Source: an uncultured Gemmatimonadales bacterium
GTDB taxonomy: Bacteria > Gemmatimonadota > Gemmatimonadetes > Longimicrobiales > RSA9
Assembly: GCA_963741945.1 (NCBI GenBank)
Contig: CAVUKA010000003.1
Coordinates: 480,001 to 544,000 of the forward strand
Length of the DNA: 64,000 bases
Direction: 5' to 3'
Part shown: positions 12,393 through 20,240 of the stretch, one piece after another
Position numbering within the stretch: the first letter of the stretch is position 1
How the letters are laid out: each line of letters begins with the position of its first letter
Notes under the pieces: model-generated
Database searches by the model: none
What the model saw: the letters and a program-made list of their open reading frames with translations, nothing else
Told to the model about the DNA's origin: nothing
Translations under genes and position numbers: made by a program

Positions 12393-13332
12393 TGTCCGCG
12401 CATTCCTGCTGTCCTGGGAGTTCGAGCCCACCATCATCCTCGGCATCGCCATTGCCGCCGGGCTCTACATCCGGGGGTGGCGACGGCTGCGGAAGCGGGG
12501 GCGTGGCGGACGCGTACTGCGCCCCTGGCGCGCGTGGTCGTTCGCCGGCGGGCTCGCGGCGGTGGCGCTGGCGCTCCTTTCGCCGATCGCCACGTTCGAC
12601 TCGATCTTCTTCTTCATGCACATGATCCAGCACGTGCTGCTGATCATGATCGCGGCGCCGCTCATCTGGCTGGGGGCGCCCATGCTGCCTACGCTGTGGG
12701 CCTTCGATCGCCGCACGCGGCGACAGCTGGGCAAGCTCTTCCGCCCGGACAATCCGGTCCACCGCGTGCTCCACTTCCTCACCCGCCCCAGTGTGGCGCT
12801 CCCGCTGTTCGTTCTCGTGCTCCTGGGATGGCACTTCCCGCCGCTCTACGATGCCGCACAGGGGCGCACGCTGCTGCACGACCTGGAGCACGCCCTCTTC
12901 TTCGCCACCGCACTCCTCTTCTGGTGGCCCGTCATCCATCCGTCCGGGGGCAAGCGCCGCCTCAGCTACGCCGCCGCGATCCTCTACATCTTCCCGGCCA
13001 AGCTCGCGGGACTCGTACTGGGCGCCGGCCTCTCCCTCGCCCGCACCCCCATCTACGACTTCTACGCCCGGCAGCCCCGGGTCTGGGGGATCTCCGCTCT
13101 GACAGACCAGCAGGCGGGCGGGCTGATCATGTGGGTGTTCGTGGGCGTCCTCTTCATCCTCCCGCTCTTCGGGCTCGTGCTCATGATGATGCGGGAAGAT
13201 GAGGGCGACCTCTGGGTGCCCGAGGTCGTGCGCCAGGCGGAGGCGGACGGACGACCGGGGACCGTTGTGCCGCCCAGGACGGGCGCGGGCGGCATCCGCC
13301 CCGGATCGCCCACGCCCGAGCCCGGCCGATGA
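12385..13332 (+). CDS. Cytochrome c oxidase caa3 assembly factor CtaG-like protein
   Basis: HMIQHVLL, WHFPPLYD, HDLEH, FWWP and DQQAGGLIMW motifs. Confidence 0.88.
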   Translation: MGDVRAFLLSWEFEPTIILGIAIAAGLYIRGWRRLRKRGRGGRVLRPWRAWSFAGGLAAVALALLSPIATFDSIFFFMHMIQHVLLIMIAAPLIWLGAPMLPTLWAFDRRTRRQLGKLFRPDNPVHRVLHFLTRPSVALPLFVLVLLGWHFPPLYDAAQGRTLLHDLEHALFFATALLFWWPVIHPSGGKRRLSYAAAILYIFPAKLAGLVLGAGLSLARTPIYDFYARQPRVWGISALTDQQAGGLIMWVFVGVLFILPLFGLVLMMMREDEGDLWVPEVVRQAEADGRPGTVVPPRTGAGGIRPGSPTPEPGR

Positions 13333-13877
13333 GGCGACGCCGATACGCGAGCGGACACATCCTCGTCGCCATCCTTTTCCTGCTGCTGACGGCGCTTCCG
13401 CTGCTGGCGAACGGCGGCAAGGTCCGCATTTCCCGGGCGCCCGTGGGACCGTACTTCGTCTCCGTCTACAGCAGCCCCACGCCCGCGCGGACGGGAAAGC
13501 AGGACGTGAGCGTGCTGGTGCAGGACTCGGCGGACCGGCAGGTCGACGTGCCGCTGACGCTCGAGCTCCAGGCTGCGGGCGGCGGACCCGCCAGGACGTT
13601 CGCCGTGACGCGTCAGGCCGCCACGAACAAGCTCTTCAAGGCCGCGAAGTTCTCCATCGATGCACCGGGAGAATGGGTGTTCAGGATCCGGGTTGGTGAT
13701 GTGGGCGAGGTCTCCTTCCAGGCGACGGTGGAGCGGTCCACGATCCTGGACCGCCCTTACCTCATCGCCGCCCTGATCCTTCTCCCCCTCCTGCTCGTGG
13801 GCTGGCTGGTGAGTCGACGGGATGACGCGCCCGCACAGGCACCGGTGCAGGGGCGGAGCCCGGGCGAGACCCGGTAG
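13329..13877 (+). CDS. Exported Ig-like (YtkA/FixH-like) protein with a C-terminal membrane anchor
   Basis: Signal peptide; SPTPARTG...APGEWVFRIRV pattern; C-terminal transmembrane helix; ATGA overlap with the CtaG-like gene. Confidence 0.55.
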   Translation: MRRRRYASGHILVAILFLLLTALPLLANGGKVRISRAPVGPYFVSVYSSPTPARTGKQDVSVLVQDSADRQVDVPLTLELQAAGGGPARTFAVTRQAATNKLFKAAKFSIDAPGEWVFRIRVGDVGEVSFQATVERSTILDRPYLIAALILLPLLLVGWLVSRRDDAPAQAPVQGRSPGETR

Positions 13878-13911
13878 GCCCGCAGCGCGAGCCGTCCCCG
13901 GCGGTCTACCG

Positions 13912-14307
13912 TCAGTCCCGGAGCGCAGCCACCACGTAGCCGGCCACGAACGCAATGACCAGTGACCGCCACGGCTCCTGCGAGATCGTGTGGCGGAAGT
14001 CGCGCAGCGTGGCCTTCGCGACGAGGTCGTCCTTCCTGCGGTTCAGCTCGGCCTTCTCTCGCCCGAGCCGCGCCTCCAGCGCGTCCAGCGTGTCCGACAT
14101 CCGGGCCCGCGTATGCTGGATTTCATCGCGCATTTCGTCCGGGTTGCTGGCGACGATCCTTCCTCGCCCATCCTGGGCCCCTGTCGCGTAGCCGCGGGCG
14201 CTCGCGCCGTCGCTCCTGCCTTGCCGGACTTCACGAGGGCTGACCTGCCCCTGCCGGGGCAGCGCGTGAGCGGGGTCCGGACTCTTGAACTCGATGGAAT
14301 CGGCCAT
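13912..14307 (-). CDS. DUF3618-like protein with a C-terminal membrane anchor
   Basis: PDEMRDEIQHTRARMSDTLDALEARL and PWRSLVIAFVAGYVV. Confidence 0.7.
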   Translation of the reverse strand: MADSIEFKSPDPAHALPRQGQVSPREVRQGRSDGASARGYATGAQDGRGRIVASNPDEMRDEIQHTRARMSDTLDALEARLGREKAELNRRKDDLVAKATLRDFRHTISQEPWRSLVIAFVAGYVVAALRD

Positions 14308-14344
14308 GGCTCGTCCTGATGAGAGTCGTTCGATGTTCTCCGGT

Positions 14345-14360
14345 TGCAAGAGCCGCGCCC
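14345..14360 (-). promoter_or_regulatory. Putative sigma-54 promoter (leftward)
   Basis: Minus strand GGGCGCG-gctc-TTGCA, with GG-N10-GC spacing. Confidence 0.5.
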
Positions 14361-14399
14361 CCCGCCCCCGGCGTGGCTCCCGTGCTGTCTCCCCGCATC

Positions 14400-14415
14400 C
14401 GGCACAGGCATTGCA
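14400..14415 (+). promoter_or_regulatory. Putative sigma-54 promoter (rightward)
   Basis: CGGCACA-ggca-TTGCA, near the -24/-12 consensus. Confidence 0.6.
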
Positions 14416-14570
14416 CCACTGGATCGATCGCACACCCCGGCTCCCGACATCGGTGGAGGAATGGCATGGCATCCCCGGAATCCCCGTCGCGCGCTCCATC
14501 GCGCTGGCGCTCCCGACCTCCCGACCATCAGCTCCCTCGCGGCGAGGGACCGCCAGAGCGCGAGGAGCCC

Positions 14571-15053
14571 ATGGCGCCGGAACGGCCCCTCGGGCCGCCG
14601 CGGGCGCTCGAGGCTGAGCCGGCGCTCGAGCCGGGGCGGACCGTGGAGACCGAGCCGAGTCTCGGCACGCTGGTTCGCAGCCTGGCCGAGGACACCCGCA
14701 CGCTCGTGCAGCAGGAGCTTGAGCTGGCCCGCATGGAGGTGTTCCGGACCGGCCGCGAAGTGGCCATGGACGGGATCTGGCTCGCCGCGGGTGCCAGCAT
14801 CCTCGCGCTGGGGGGCATCGTGGTGGTGCTCGGACTGGCGCTGCTGGTCGGCTATTTCCTCGACTCGTACTGGCTCGGGACGCTGATCGTGGGCGCGTTC
14901 CTGCTCCTCGTGGGCGGCGTGGCCGCGCTGGTGGGATTCCAGCGGATGCGATCCCGGGAGTTCGCGCCCAGTAGGACCGTGGAGTCGCTCCGGGCCGACG
15001 CGACATGGGCTCGCAGGGAGGCAGAAGACATGAAGCAGGCATTCAAGGAGTGA
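14571..15053 (+). CDS. Holin-like (YhjD/DUF1469-type) two-TM membrane protein
   Basis: SLGTLVRSLAEDTRTLVQQELELARME, two TM helices, then PSRTVESLRAD; GAGGAG RBS. Confidence 0.75.
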   Translation: MAPERPLGPPRALEAEPALEPGRTVETEPSLGTLVRSLAEDTRTLVQQELELARMEVFRTGREVAMDGIWLAAGASILALGGIVVVLGLALLVGYFLDSYWLGTLIVGAFLLLVGGVAALVGFQRMRSREFAPSRTVESLRADATWARREAEDMKQAFKE

Positions 15054-15055
15054 GC

Positions 15056-15508
15056 ATGGCGGAACACACCGACGGACGGAGCGAGTACACCGAGGGTCCG
15101 GAGCCGACCACGCCCGGTTATCCCGAGCACGAAACGCGGCGCGCCACCGGGATGGGGAACCCCGGCCGGTTCAGCGACGATCCGGAGCGGGAGCCCGGGC
15201 TGCGGCACGATGGGCGGGATGGGGGGGCCGAGGCACGCGTCCGGCACGCGGCCGGAAGCCGGATCGCCGAGACCGCCGACCGCGTTCGGGTTCTGGGCGA
15301 CAGGGCGGCGGAGAAGAACCGGTTCCTCTCACCCACGCGTCCACTGGCCCGCGGCGCAGCCCAGGGGATGGACACGGCGGCCGAGTACGTGAGATCGCAC
15401 CCGGTGACCGAGATGCGCGATGACCTCGAGTCCCAGGTGCGACGGCATCCGCTGGCCGCCATTGCGGTGGCGTTCCTGGCCGGCTACACCCTGCGCCGGG
15501 TGTTCTGA
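15056..15508 (+). CDS. DUF883/ElaB/YqjD-like tail-anchored protein
   Basis: C-terminal VRRHPLAAIAVAFLAGY; AAGGAG RBS. Confidence 0.65.
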   Translation: MAEHTDGRSEYTEGPEPTTPGYPEHETRRATGMGNPGRFSDDPEREPGLRHDGRDGGAEARVRHAAGSRIAETADRVRVLGDRAAEKNRFLSPTRPLARGAAQGMDTAAEYVRSHPVTEMRDDLESQVRRHPLAAIAVAFLAGYTLRRVF

Positions 15509-15580
15509 GCCGGGGCGGCGGCGAGTCGAGCGCGCGGACCCGGCCGGTGGGGCCGGTCGGCCGGGCCGCTGCGGCTCACG

Positions 15581-16429
15581 TCAATGGATGACGTGCCCGA
15601 TGCGCTGCGGTCTCACGTTGCGGAGGAAGGCGAACGGGCGCCGGTGCTGCGGGTCGTACGAGTAGTAGATGATGTCGGCCTTTCCGCGCAGCCGCCACCC
15701 GGCGAGGAAGCCCCAGTAGCGCGAGTCCACGCTGTCGTCCCGGTTGTCGCCCATCATGAAGTAGTGGGCGGGCGGCACCACCAGCGGGCCCCAGTTGTCG
15801 CGCGTGGGATGACACCCTGGCTCGCTGGCCGTGCCTTCCGGCACCCGGTACGCCCCCGAGATATCCGGACTGAGGTGCACCGGCTCTCCGCACTGCCACC
15901 GCATCCACGGGTGCGCCACGTCGCCCTCCGTGTCCGTGTGGTGCACGTACGGCTCGTCCTGCGGCACCCCGTTGATGTAGAGCACCTTGTCCGTCATGGA
16001 GAGCGTGTCGCCGGGCATGCCGATGATGCGCTTCACCACGTCCAGGCCGGGGTCGTGGGGCGGCCGGAACACCGCCACGTCGTGCCGCTTCGGGTGGCTG
16101 TAGCCGGGGAAGTGCGTCTCGGTGAACGGGATCAGCGGTCCGTAGGACAGCTTGTTCAGGATCAGGAAGTCGCCCACGAGGAGCGTGTCCTCCATGGACG
16201 ACGACGTGATCACGAACGTCTGCACGATGAACGTGCGGAGCACCAGGAAGAGCAGGAGCGCAGCGCCCAGCGACCTGGCCCAGTCCAGCGCCACCTCGCC
16301 GCCCGTGCGCGGACGGCGGCGTCGCGACCCGCCGGCGCCATCTCCGCCCGCCTGCCCCGCCGTCTCCTTCTGCTCCGGCGCCTTGGCGCCACCGGCCGAT
16401 TGTTCCGACCCCTTCCGCTGCTTCGTCAC
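15581..16429 (-). CDS. lepB: Signal peptidase I
   Basis: SSSMEDTL (catalytic Ser), VKRIIG (catalytic Lys), GDNRDDSVDSRYWG. Confidence 0.93.
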   Translation of the reverse strand: MTKQRKGSEQSAGGAKAPEQKETAGQAGGDGAGGSRRRRPRTGGEVALDWARSLGAALLLFLVLRTFIVQTFVITSSSMEDTLLVGDFLILNKLSYGPLIPFTETHFPGYSHPKRHDVAVFRPPHDPGLDVVKRIIGMPGDTLSMTDKVLYINGVPQDEPYVHHTDTEGDVAHPWMRWQCGEPVHLSPDISGAYRVPEGTASEPGCHPTRDNWGPLVVPPAHYFMMGDNRDDSVDSRYWGFLAGWRLRGKADIIYYSYDPQHRRPFAFLRNVRPQRIGHVIH

Positions 16430-16494
16430 GCTCCGTGCCTGCTCCTGTGTCTCGGCCGATCCTTACGTGGATCCGGCGCGCCAGGTTCCGCCCG

Positions 16495-17088
16495 TCACTT
16501 GCCGGCCAGGGCCAGCGCTTTCCGGATGAGCGCCTTCGGGTCCTCCTCCGGGCCGCTCTGCTCAATGCTTCGCCGCACTGCCGCGCTCGCCTCGAACGAC
16601 GAATAGCCCAGCGCCACGAGCGCGCCCACAGCTTCCTGCGCCGCCGCGCCCTTCACCGACGGCCCGACCGACGTGAGCGCCAGGTCGTCCAGCTTGTCGC
16701 CCAGCTCCAGGGCGATGCGCTCGGCGGTCTTCCGCCCCACGCCGGGCACCCGCACGAGGGTCGCCAGCTCGCGGTCGGTGATGGCGCGCACCAGGGCGGC
16801 GGGGGTCAGCGTGGACATCATGGCGAGAGCCAGGCGCGGGCCGACCCCCGAAGCGCTCAGCAACCGCCCGAACAGCGCCCGCTCCGGCTCGGCCAGGAAG
16901 CCGAACAGGAGCAGGTCGTCCTCCCGCACCACCTGGTGCGTCAACAGCTCCGTCTCCTGCCCCACGCGCGGCAGCTTCTCGAACACGGAGAGCGGGATCT
17001 CGATCTCGTAGGCGACGCCGCCCGCTGTCATCACTTCCACCTGCTCCGGTTCCCGCCGCAGCAGCGTGCCCCGGATCCGGCTGATCAT
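16495..17088 (-). CDS. ruvA: Holliday junction DNA helicase subunit RuvA
   Basis: MISRIRG, GVAYEI, VREDDLLLFGF, SGVGPRLA, PGVGRKTAERI. Confidence 0.96.
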   Translation of the reverse strand: MISRIRGTLLRREPEQVEVMTAGGVAYEIEIPLSVFEKLPRVGQETELLTHQVVREDDLLLFGFLAEPERALFGRLLSASGVGPRLALAMMSTLTPAALVRAITDRELATLVRVPGVGRKTAERIALELGDKLDDLALTSVGPSVKGAAAQEAVGALVALGYSSFEASAAVRRSIEQSGPEEDPKALIRKALALAGK

Positions 17089-17582
17089 GACCGCGCCCCC
17101 AGCGCCGGCAGATGGCCCGCATTCACGTGACACAGCGCCACGGCCACGCCATCGGCCGCATCCGAGGGAGACGGCGCCTCCTTCAGACGCAGCAGCTTCT
17201 TCACCATGAACTGTACCTGCTCCTTCGTCGCTCGGCCGGTTCCCACGACGGCGTTCTTCACTTCCGCGGGCGAGTAGTCCACCACCGGCAGGTGCCGCAG
17301 CGCCGCCGTGAGCAGTATCGCCCCTCGCGCGTGCCCCAGCATCACCGTGCTCCGCACGTTCTTGCCGTAGAAGATGCTCTCCACCGCCACCACGTCCGGC
17401 GCGTGCCGGTCCATCACTTCGCCCAGACCTTCGTGGATGTCCAGCAGCCGCTCCGACAGCTCCGCCGCCGGACGCGTGCGGACCACGCCGCACTCCACCA
17501 GCGAGACGGCGCCGCCGTCCTCGCGGACGACGACGCCGTAGCCTGTCGCAGCCGTTCCCGGGTCGATGCCGAGAACCTTCAA
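17085..17582 (-). CDS. ruvC: Crossover junction endodeoxyribonuclease RuvC
   Basis: LGIDPG, AVESIF, GRATKEQV, DAADGVAVA; TTG start. Confidence 0.96.
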   Translation of the reverse strand: MKVLGIDPGTAATGYGVVVREDGGAVSLVECGVVRTRPAAELSERLLDIHEGLGEVMDRHAPDVVAVESIFYGKNVRSTVMLGHARGAILLTAALRHLPVVDYSPAEVKNAVVGTGRATKEQVQFMVKKLLRLKEAPSPSDAADGVAVALCHVNAGHLPALGARS

Positions 17583-18328
17583 GCTTCCACCTCGTTCAGC
17601 ACCTTCTCGTCGATGTCGGCGTTCGTGTGCACCTTCTGGATGTCGTCAAGGTCATCCAGCCCGTCGAGCAGCCTCAGCAGCTTCTCCGCCTCGTGCCCCT
17701 CCACGCGCACGGTGGCCTTGGGCACCATGGCGAGCTCCGCATCGTCGAACTCGATCCCCTGCGCCTTCAGGCCGTCCTGGACGGCATGGAAGCTCGCCAC
17801 GTCCGTGATCACCTCGAACGCGTCGTCCTCCCGCGTCAGGTCCAGCGCGCCCGCCTCCAGCGCGGCCATCATCGTCGCATCCTCGTCGTAGCGCGTGGCA
17901 TCCACGTAGATCCTGCCTCGCCGCTCGAACTGCCACGCCACCGATCCACTCTGCCCCAGATTGCCGCCGTGCCGCTCCAGCACGTGGCGCAGCTCCGCCA
18001 CCGTGCGGTTGAGGTTGTCGGTCAGCGCTTCCATGTACAGCGCCACACCGGCCGGACCATAGCCCTCGTAGGAGACCTCCTCGTAATTCACCCCCTCCAG
18101 CGCGCCCGTGCCCCGGTCGATGGCCCGGTCGATGTTGTCCTGCGGCATGTTGGCCGCTTTCGCCGTGTCCACCGCAAGCCGCAGCCTGGGGTTGAGATCA
18201 GGGTCGCCACCCGCTTCCCGGGCGGCCACCGTGATCTCACGGATCAGTTTCGTGAAATGCTTGCCCCGACGGGCATCGTTCACGGCCTTCTTGCGCTTGA
18301 TCTGCGCCCACTTGGAATGTCCAGCCAT
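17579..18328 (-). CDS. yebC: YebC/PmpR/TACO1 family protein
   Basis: MAGHSKWAQIK, NPRLR, YEGYGP, TDNLNRT. Confidence 0.96.
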   Translation of the reverse strand: MAGHSKWAQIKRKKAVNDARRGKHFTKLIREITVAAREAGGDPDLNPRLRLAVDTAKAANMPQDNIDRAIDRGTGALEGVNYEEVSYEGYGPAGVALYMEALTDNLNRTVAELRHVLERHGGNLGQSGSVAWQFERRGRIYVDATRYDEDATMMAALEAGALDLTREDDAFEVITDVASFHAVQDGLKAQGIEFDDAELAMVPKATVRVEGHEAEKLLRLLDGLDDLDDIQKVHTNADIDEKVLNEVEA

Positions 18329-18420
18329 GCGTCCTCAGCTCGTTGCGTTCAGCACCTCGTCAGGATACGGGCCCGGAAACAGGCCCGCCGATTCCGTCGG
18401 GGGCGGATACCCCCGCGCCT

Positions 18421-18507
18421 TCAGGAGGTCCCCGGCGGAGGGGTCCAGAGGATGGTGCCAGCGGCGCGGCCGCGGGCGGAGTCCATGCTGTGCTCGAGCC
18501 GTTTCAT
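18421..18507 (-). CDS. Possible 28-aa leader peptide ending in PPPGTS, in the yebC 5' leader
   Basis: MKRLEHSMDSARGRAAGTILWTPPPGTS lies between the predicted promoter and yebC; no clear SD sequence. Confidence 0.25.
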   Translation of the reverse strand: MKRLEHSMDSARGRAAGTILWTPPPGTS

Positions 18508-18548
18508 CGGGCGTTCGGGGGAGGACAGACCGGTCACTCCAGCCCGTA

Positions 18549-18575
18549 AGTATACCCGGGGGTCGCGTCTGACAA
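18549..18575 (-). promoter_or_regulatory. Putative sigma-70 promoter for yebC-ruvC-ruvA-lepB
   Basis: Minus strand TTGTCA-N15-TATACT (short spacer). Confidence 0.5.
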
Positions 18576-18687
18576 AAGGCCACGCGGGGTTCAACGGCGC
18601 GGCGCGTGGTGCGAGCTTCAATGGCGGGGTGCGGAGCGCGGGGCGTGGACGCCCGCGCCCGCCGGCTGGAACGGGCGTTGCGGCCTT

Positions 18688-18716
18688 TTGACACCCGCCG
18701 CCTTCGGCGGTAGATT
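18688..18716 (+). promoter_or_regulatory. Sigma-70 promoter for rpsU
   Basis: TTGACA-N17-TAGATT, 36 bp before the rpsU start. Confidence 0.75.
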
Positions 18717-18751
18717 GGTGTGCTTTTGTAACCACGAGCGAAGGGAGAATA

Positions 18752-18949
18752 ATGGTCGAGGTCGTACTGGGGGAGAACGACCGCCTGGACTGGGCGCTGA
18801 AGAAGTTCCGGCGCAAGATGCTGCGGTCCGGTCGGTTCAAGGACATGAAGAAGAAGCGCTACTACGAGAAGCCCAGCGAGGCGAAGAAGCGGAAGGCAGC
18901 TGCCTCCCGTCGTCGTAACGCGCGAGCTCGTCGTCGTCGGTCCCGTTGA
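18752..18949 (+). CDS. rpsU: 30S ribosomal protein S21
   Basis: ALKKFRRK...YYEKPSE; 65 aa, basic; AGGGAG RBS. Confidence 0.93.
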   Translation: MVEVVLGENDRLDWALKKFRRKMLRSGRFKDMKKKRYYEKPSEAKKRKAAASRRRNARARRRRSR

Positions 18950-20238
18950 TCCCCGCCCATCCCGACGACCGCACCCCTGAGACAGCCGCCGAGGCGCCGA
19001 TTTCGTTCGAAGATCTGACGTCATCGCCGGCCCTGCTGAGCGCCGCCCGCGATCTGGGCTGGACGGTGCCCACGCCGATCCAGCGCAAGGCGATCCCCGC
19101 CGCGCGCGAAGGTCGCGACGTGATCGGCATCGCGCAGACGGGGACGGGGAAGACGGGTGCGTTTCTGATCCCGACCATCGAGCGGCAGGAGGACCGGGAG
19201 GGGCTTCGCACGCTGGTGCTGTGCCCCACGCGGGAGCTGGCGCAGCAGGTGGCGGCGGACGCGCGTGATCTGTGTGCCCACACGGAGATGTTCGTGGGCG
19301 AGGTGTACGGAGGCGTGCCGTACGAGCCGCAGATCCGGGATCTGCGTGCGGGCTTCGACATCCTGGTGGCGACGCCCGGGCGGCTGATCGACCACCTGGA
19401 GAAGGGGAACGTGGACCTCTCGCAGGTGGAGGTCCTGATCCTGGACGAGGCGGACCGCATGCTGGACATGGGATTCCGGCCCCAGATCGACAAGGTGCTG
19501 GCCCGGGTCCCGAGAGAGCGGCAGACACTGCTGTTCAGCGCGACCATGCCGAACGGTGTACACGCGCTGGCGCTCCGCATCCAGAAGGACCCGGTGTGGG
19601 TGCAGGCGACGCCGTCGGTGACCGCGGCGGAGACCGTGGCGCAGGTGGTCTACTCCGTGCGGCCGGACCGGAAAGTGGACCTGCTGCTGTCGCTCATGGA
19701 GGATCCCGAGTGGGACCAGGTCCTGGTCTTCACGCGCACGAAGCGCGGGGCCGACCTGCTGTACCACCGGCTGCGCTCGGCCGGGATCGCGGTGAACGTG
19801 ATCCATGGCGATCGCAACATGAAGCAGCGTGGCGGCGCCATGGAGGGGTTCGCCGAAGGGCACGTGCAGGTGCTCGTGGCCACGGACGTGGCGCAGCGCG
19901 GCCTGGACATCGAGGGGATCAGCCACGTGGTCAATTACGACGTCCCGAACGATCCGGAGGACTACGTGCACCGGATCGGCCGCACGGGACGCGCGGGCGC
20001 CAGCGGCCAGGCCGTGACATTGATGACGGCCGCGGAGCTGGGCCAGGTGCGGAGCATCGAGCGCGTGCTCGGCTACGCGCTGCCCCGCGTTTCTCTCGAA
20101 GGGTTCGATTATGCCGGCGCGCCGGCGGAGCCCAACAGCGCCGCCAGTCGCTGGAACCGGTCGGGGCGCCGCCTCGGTTCCCGCAGCACCGCCGACCTCT
20201 CACCGGAAGAGCTCCAGCGGCTGCTGGACGTGGGCTGA
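18946..20238 (+). CDS. DEAD-box RNA helicase (RhlE-like)
   Basis: Q motif PTPIQ, AQTGTGKT, PTRELA, DEAD, SAT, HRIGRTGR. Confidence 0.95.
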   Translation: MIPAHPDDRTPETAAEAPISFEDLTSSPALLSAARDLGWTVPTPIQRKAIPAAREGRDVIGIAQTGTGKTGAFLIPTIERQEDREGLRTLVLCPTRELAQQVAADARDLCAHTEMFVGEVYGGVPYEPQIRDLRAGFDILVATPGRLIDHLEKGNVDLSQVEVLILDEADRMLDMGFRPQIDKVLARVPRERQTLLFSATMPNGVHALALRIQKDPVWVQATPSVTAAETVAQVVYSVRPDRKVDLLLSLMEDPEWDQVLVFTRTKRGADLLYHRLRSAGIAVNVIHGDRNMKQRGGAMEGFAEGHVQVLVATDVAQRGLDIEGISHVVNYDVPNDPEDYVHRIGRTGRAGASGQAVTLMTAAELGQVRSIERVLGYALPRVSLEGFDYAGAPAEPNSAASRWNRSGRRLGSRSTADLSPEELQRLLDVG

Positions 20239-20240
20239 CG

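Noticed and set aside
14571-15053. Prophage, suggested by the holin-like protein
   Set aside because: No phage genes nearby; this family normally occurs with DUF3618 and DUF883 in chromosomal clusters
18335-18366. Hammerhead ribozyme (CTGACGAG plus a stem on the minus strand)
   Set aside because: The stem is followed by GAGC rather than GAAA, and stems I and III could not be built
18329-18545. 6S RNA upstream of yebC
   Set aside because: No long closing helix with a central bubble was evident by eye; an Rfam scan is needed to exclude it fully
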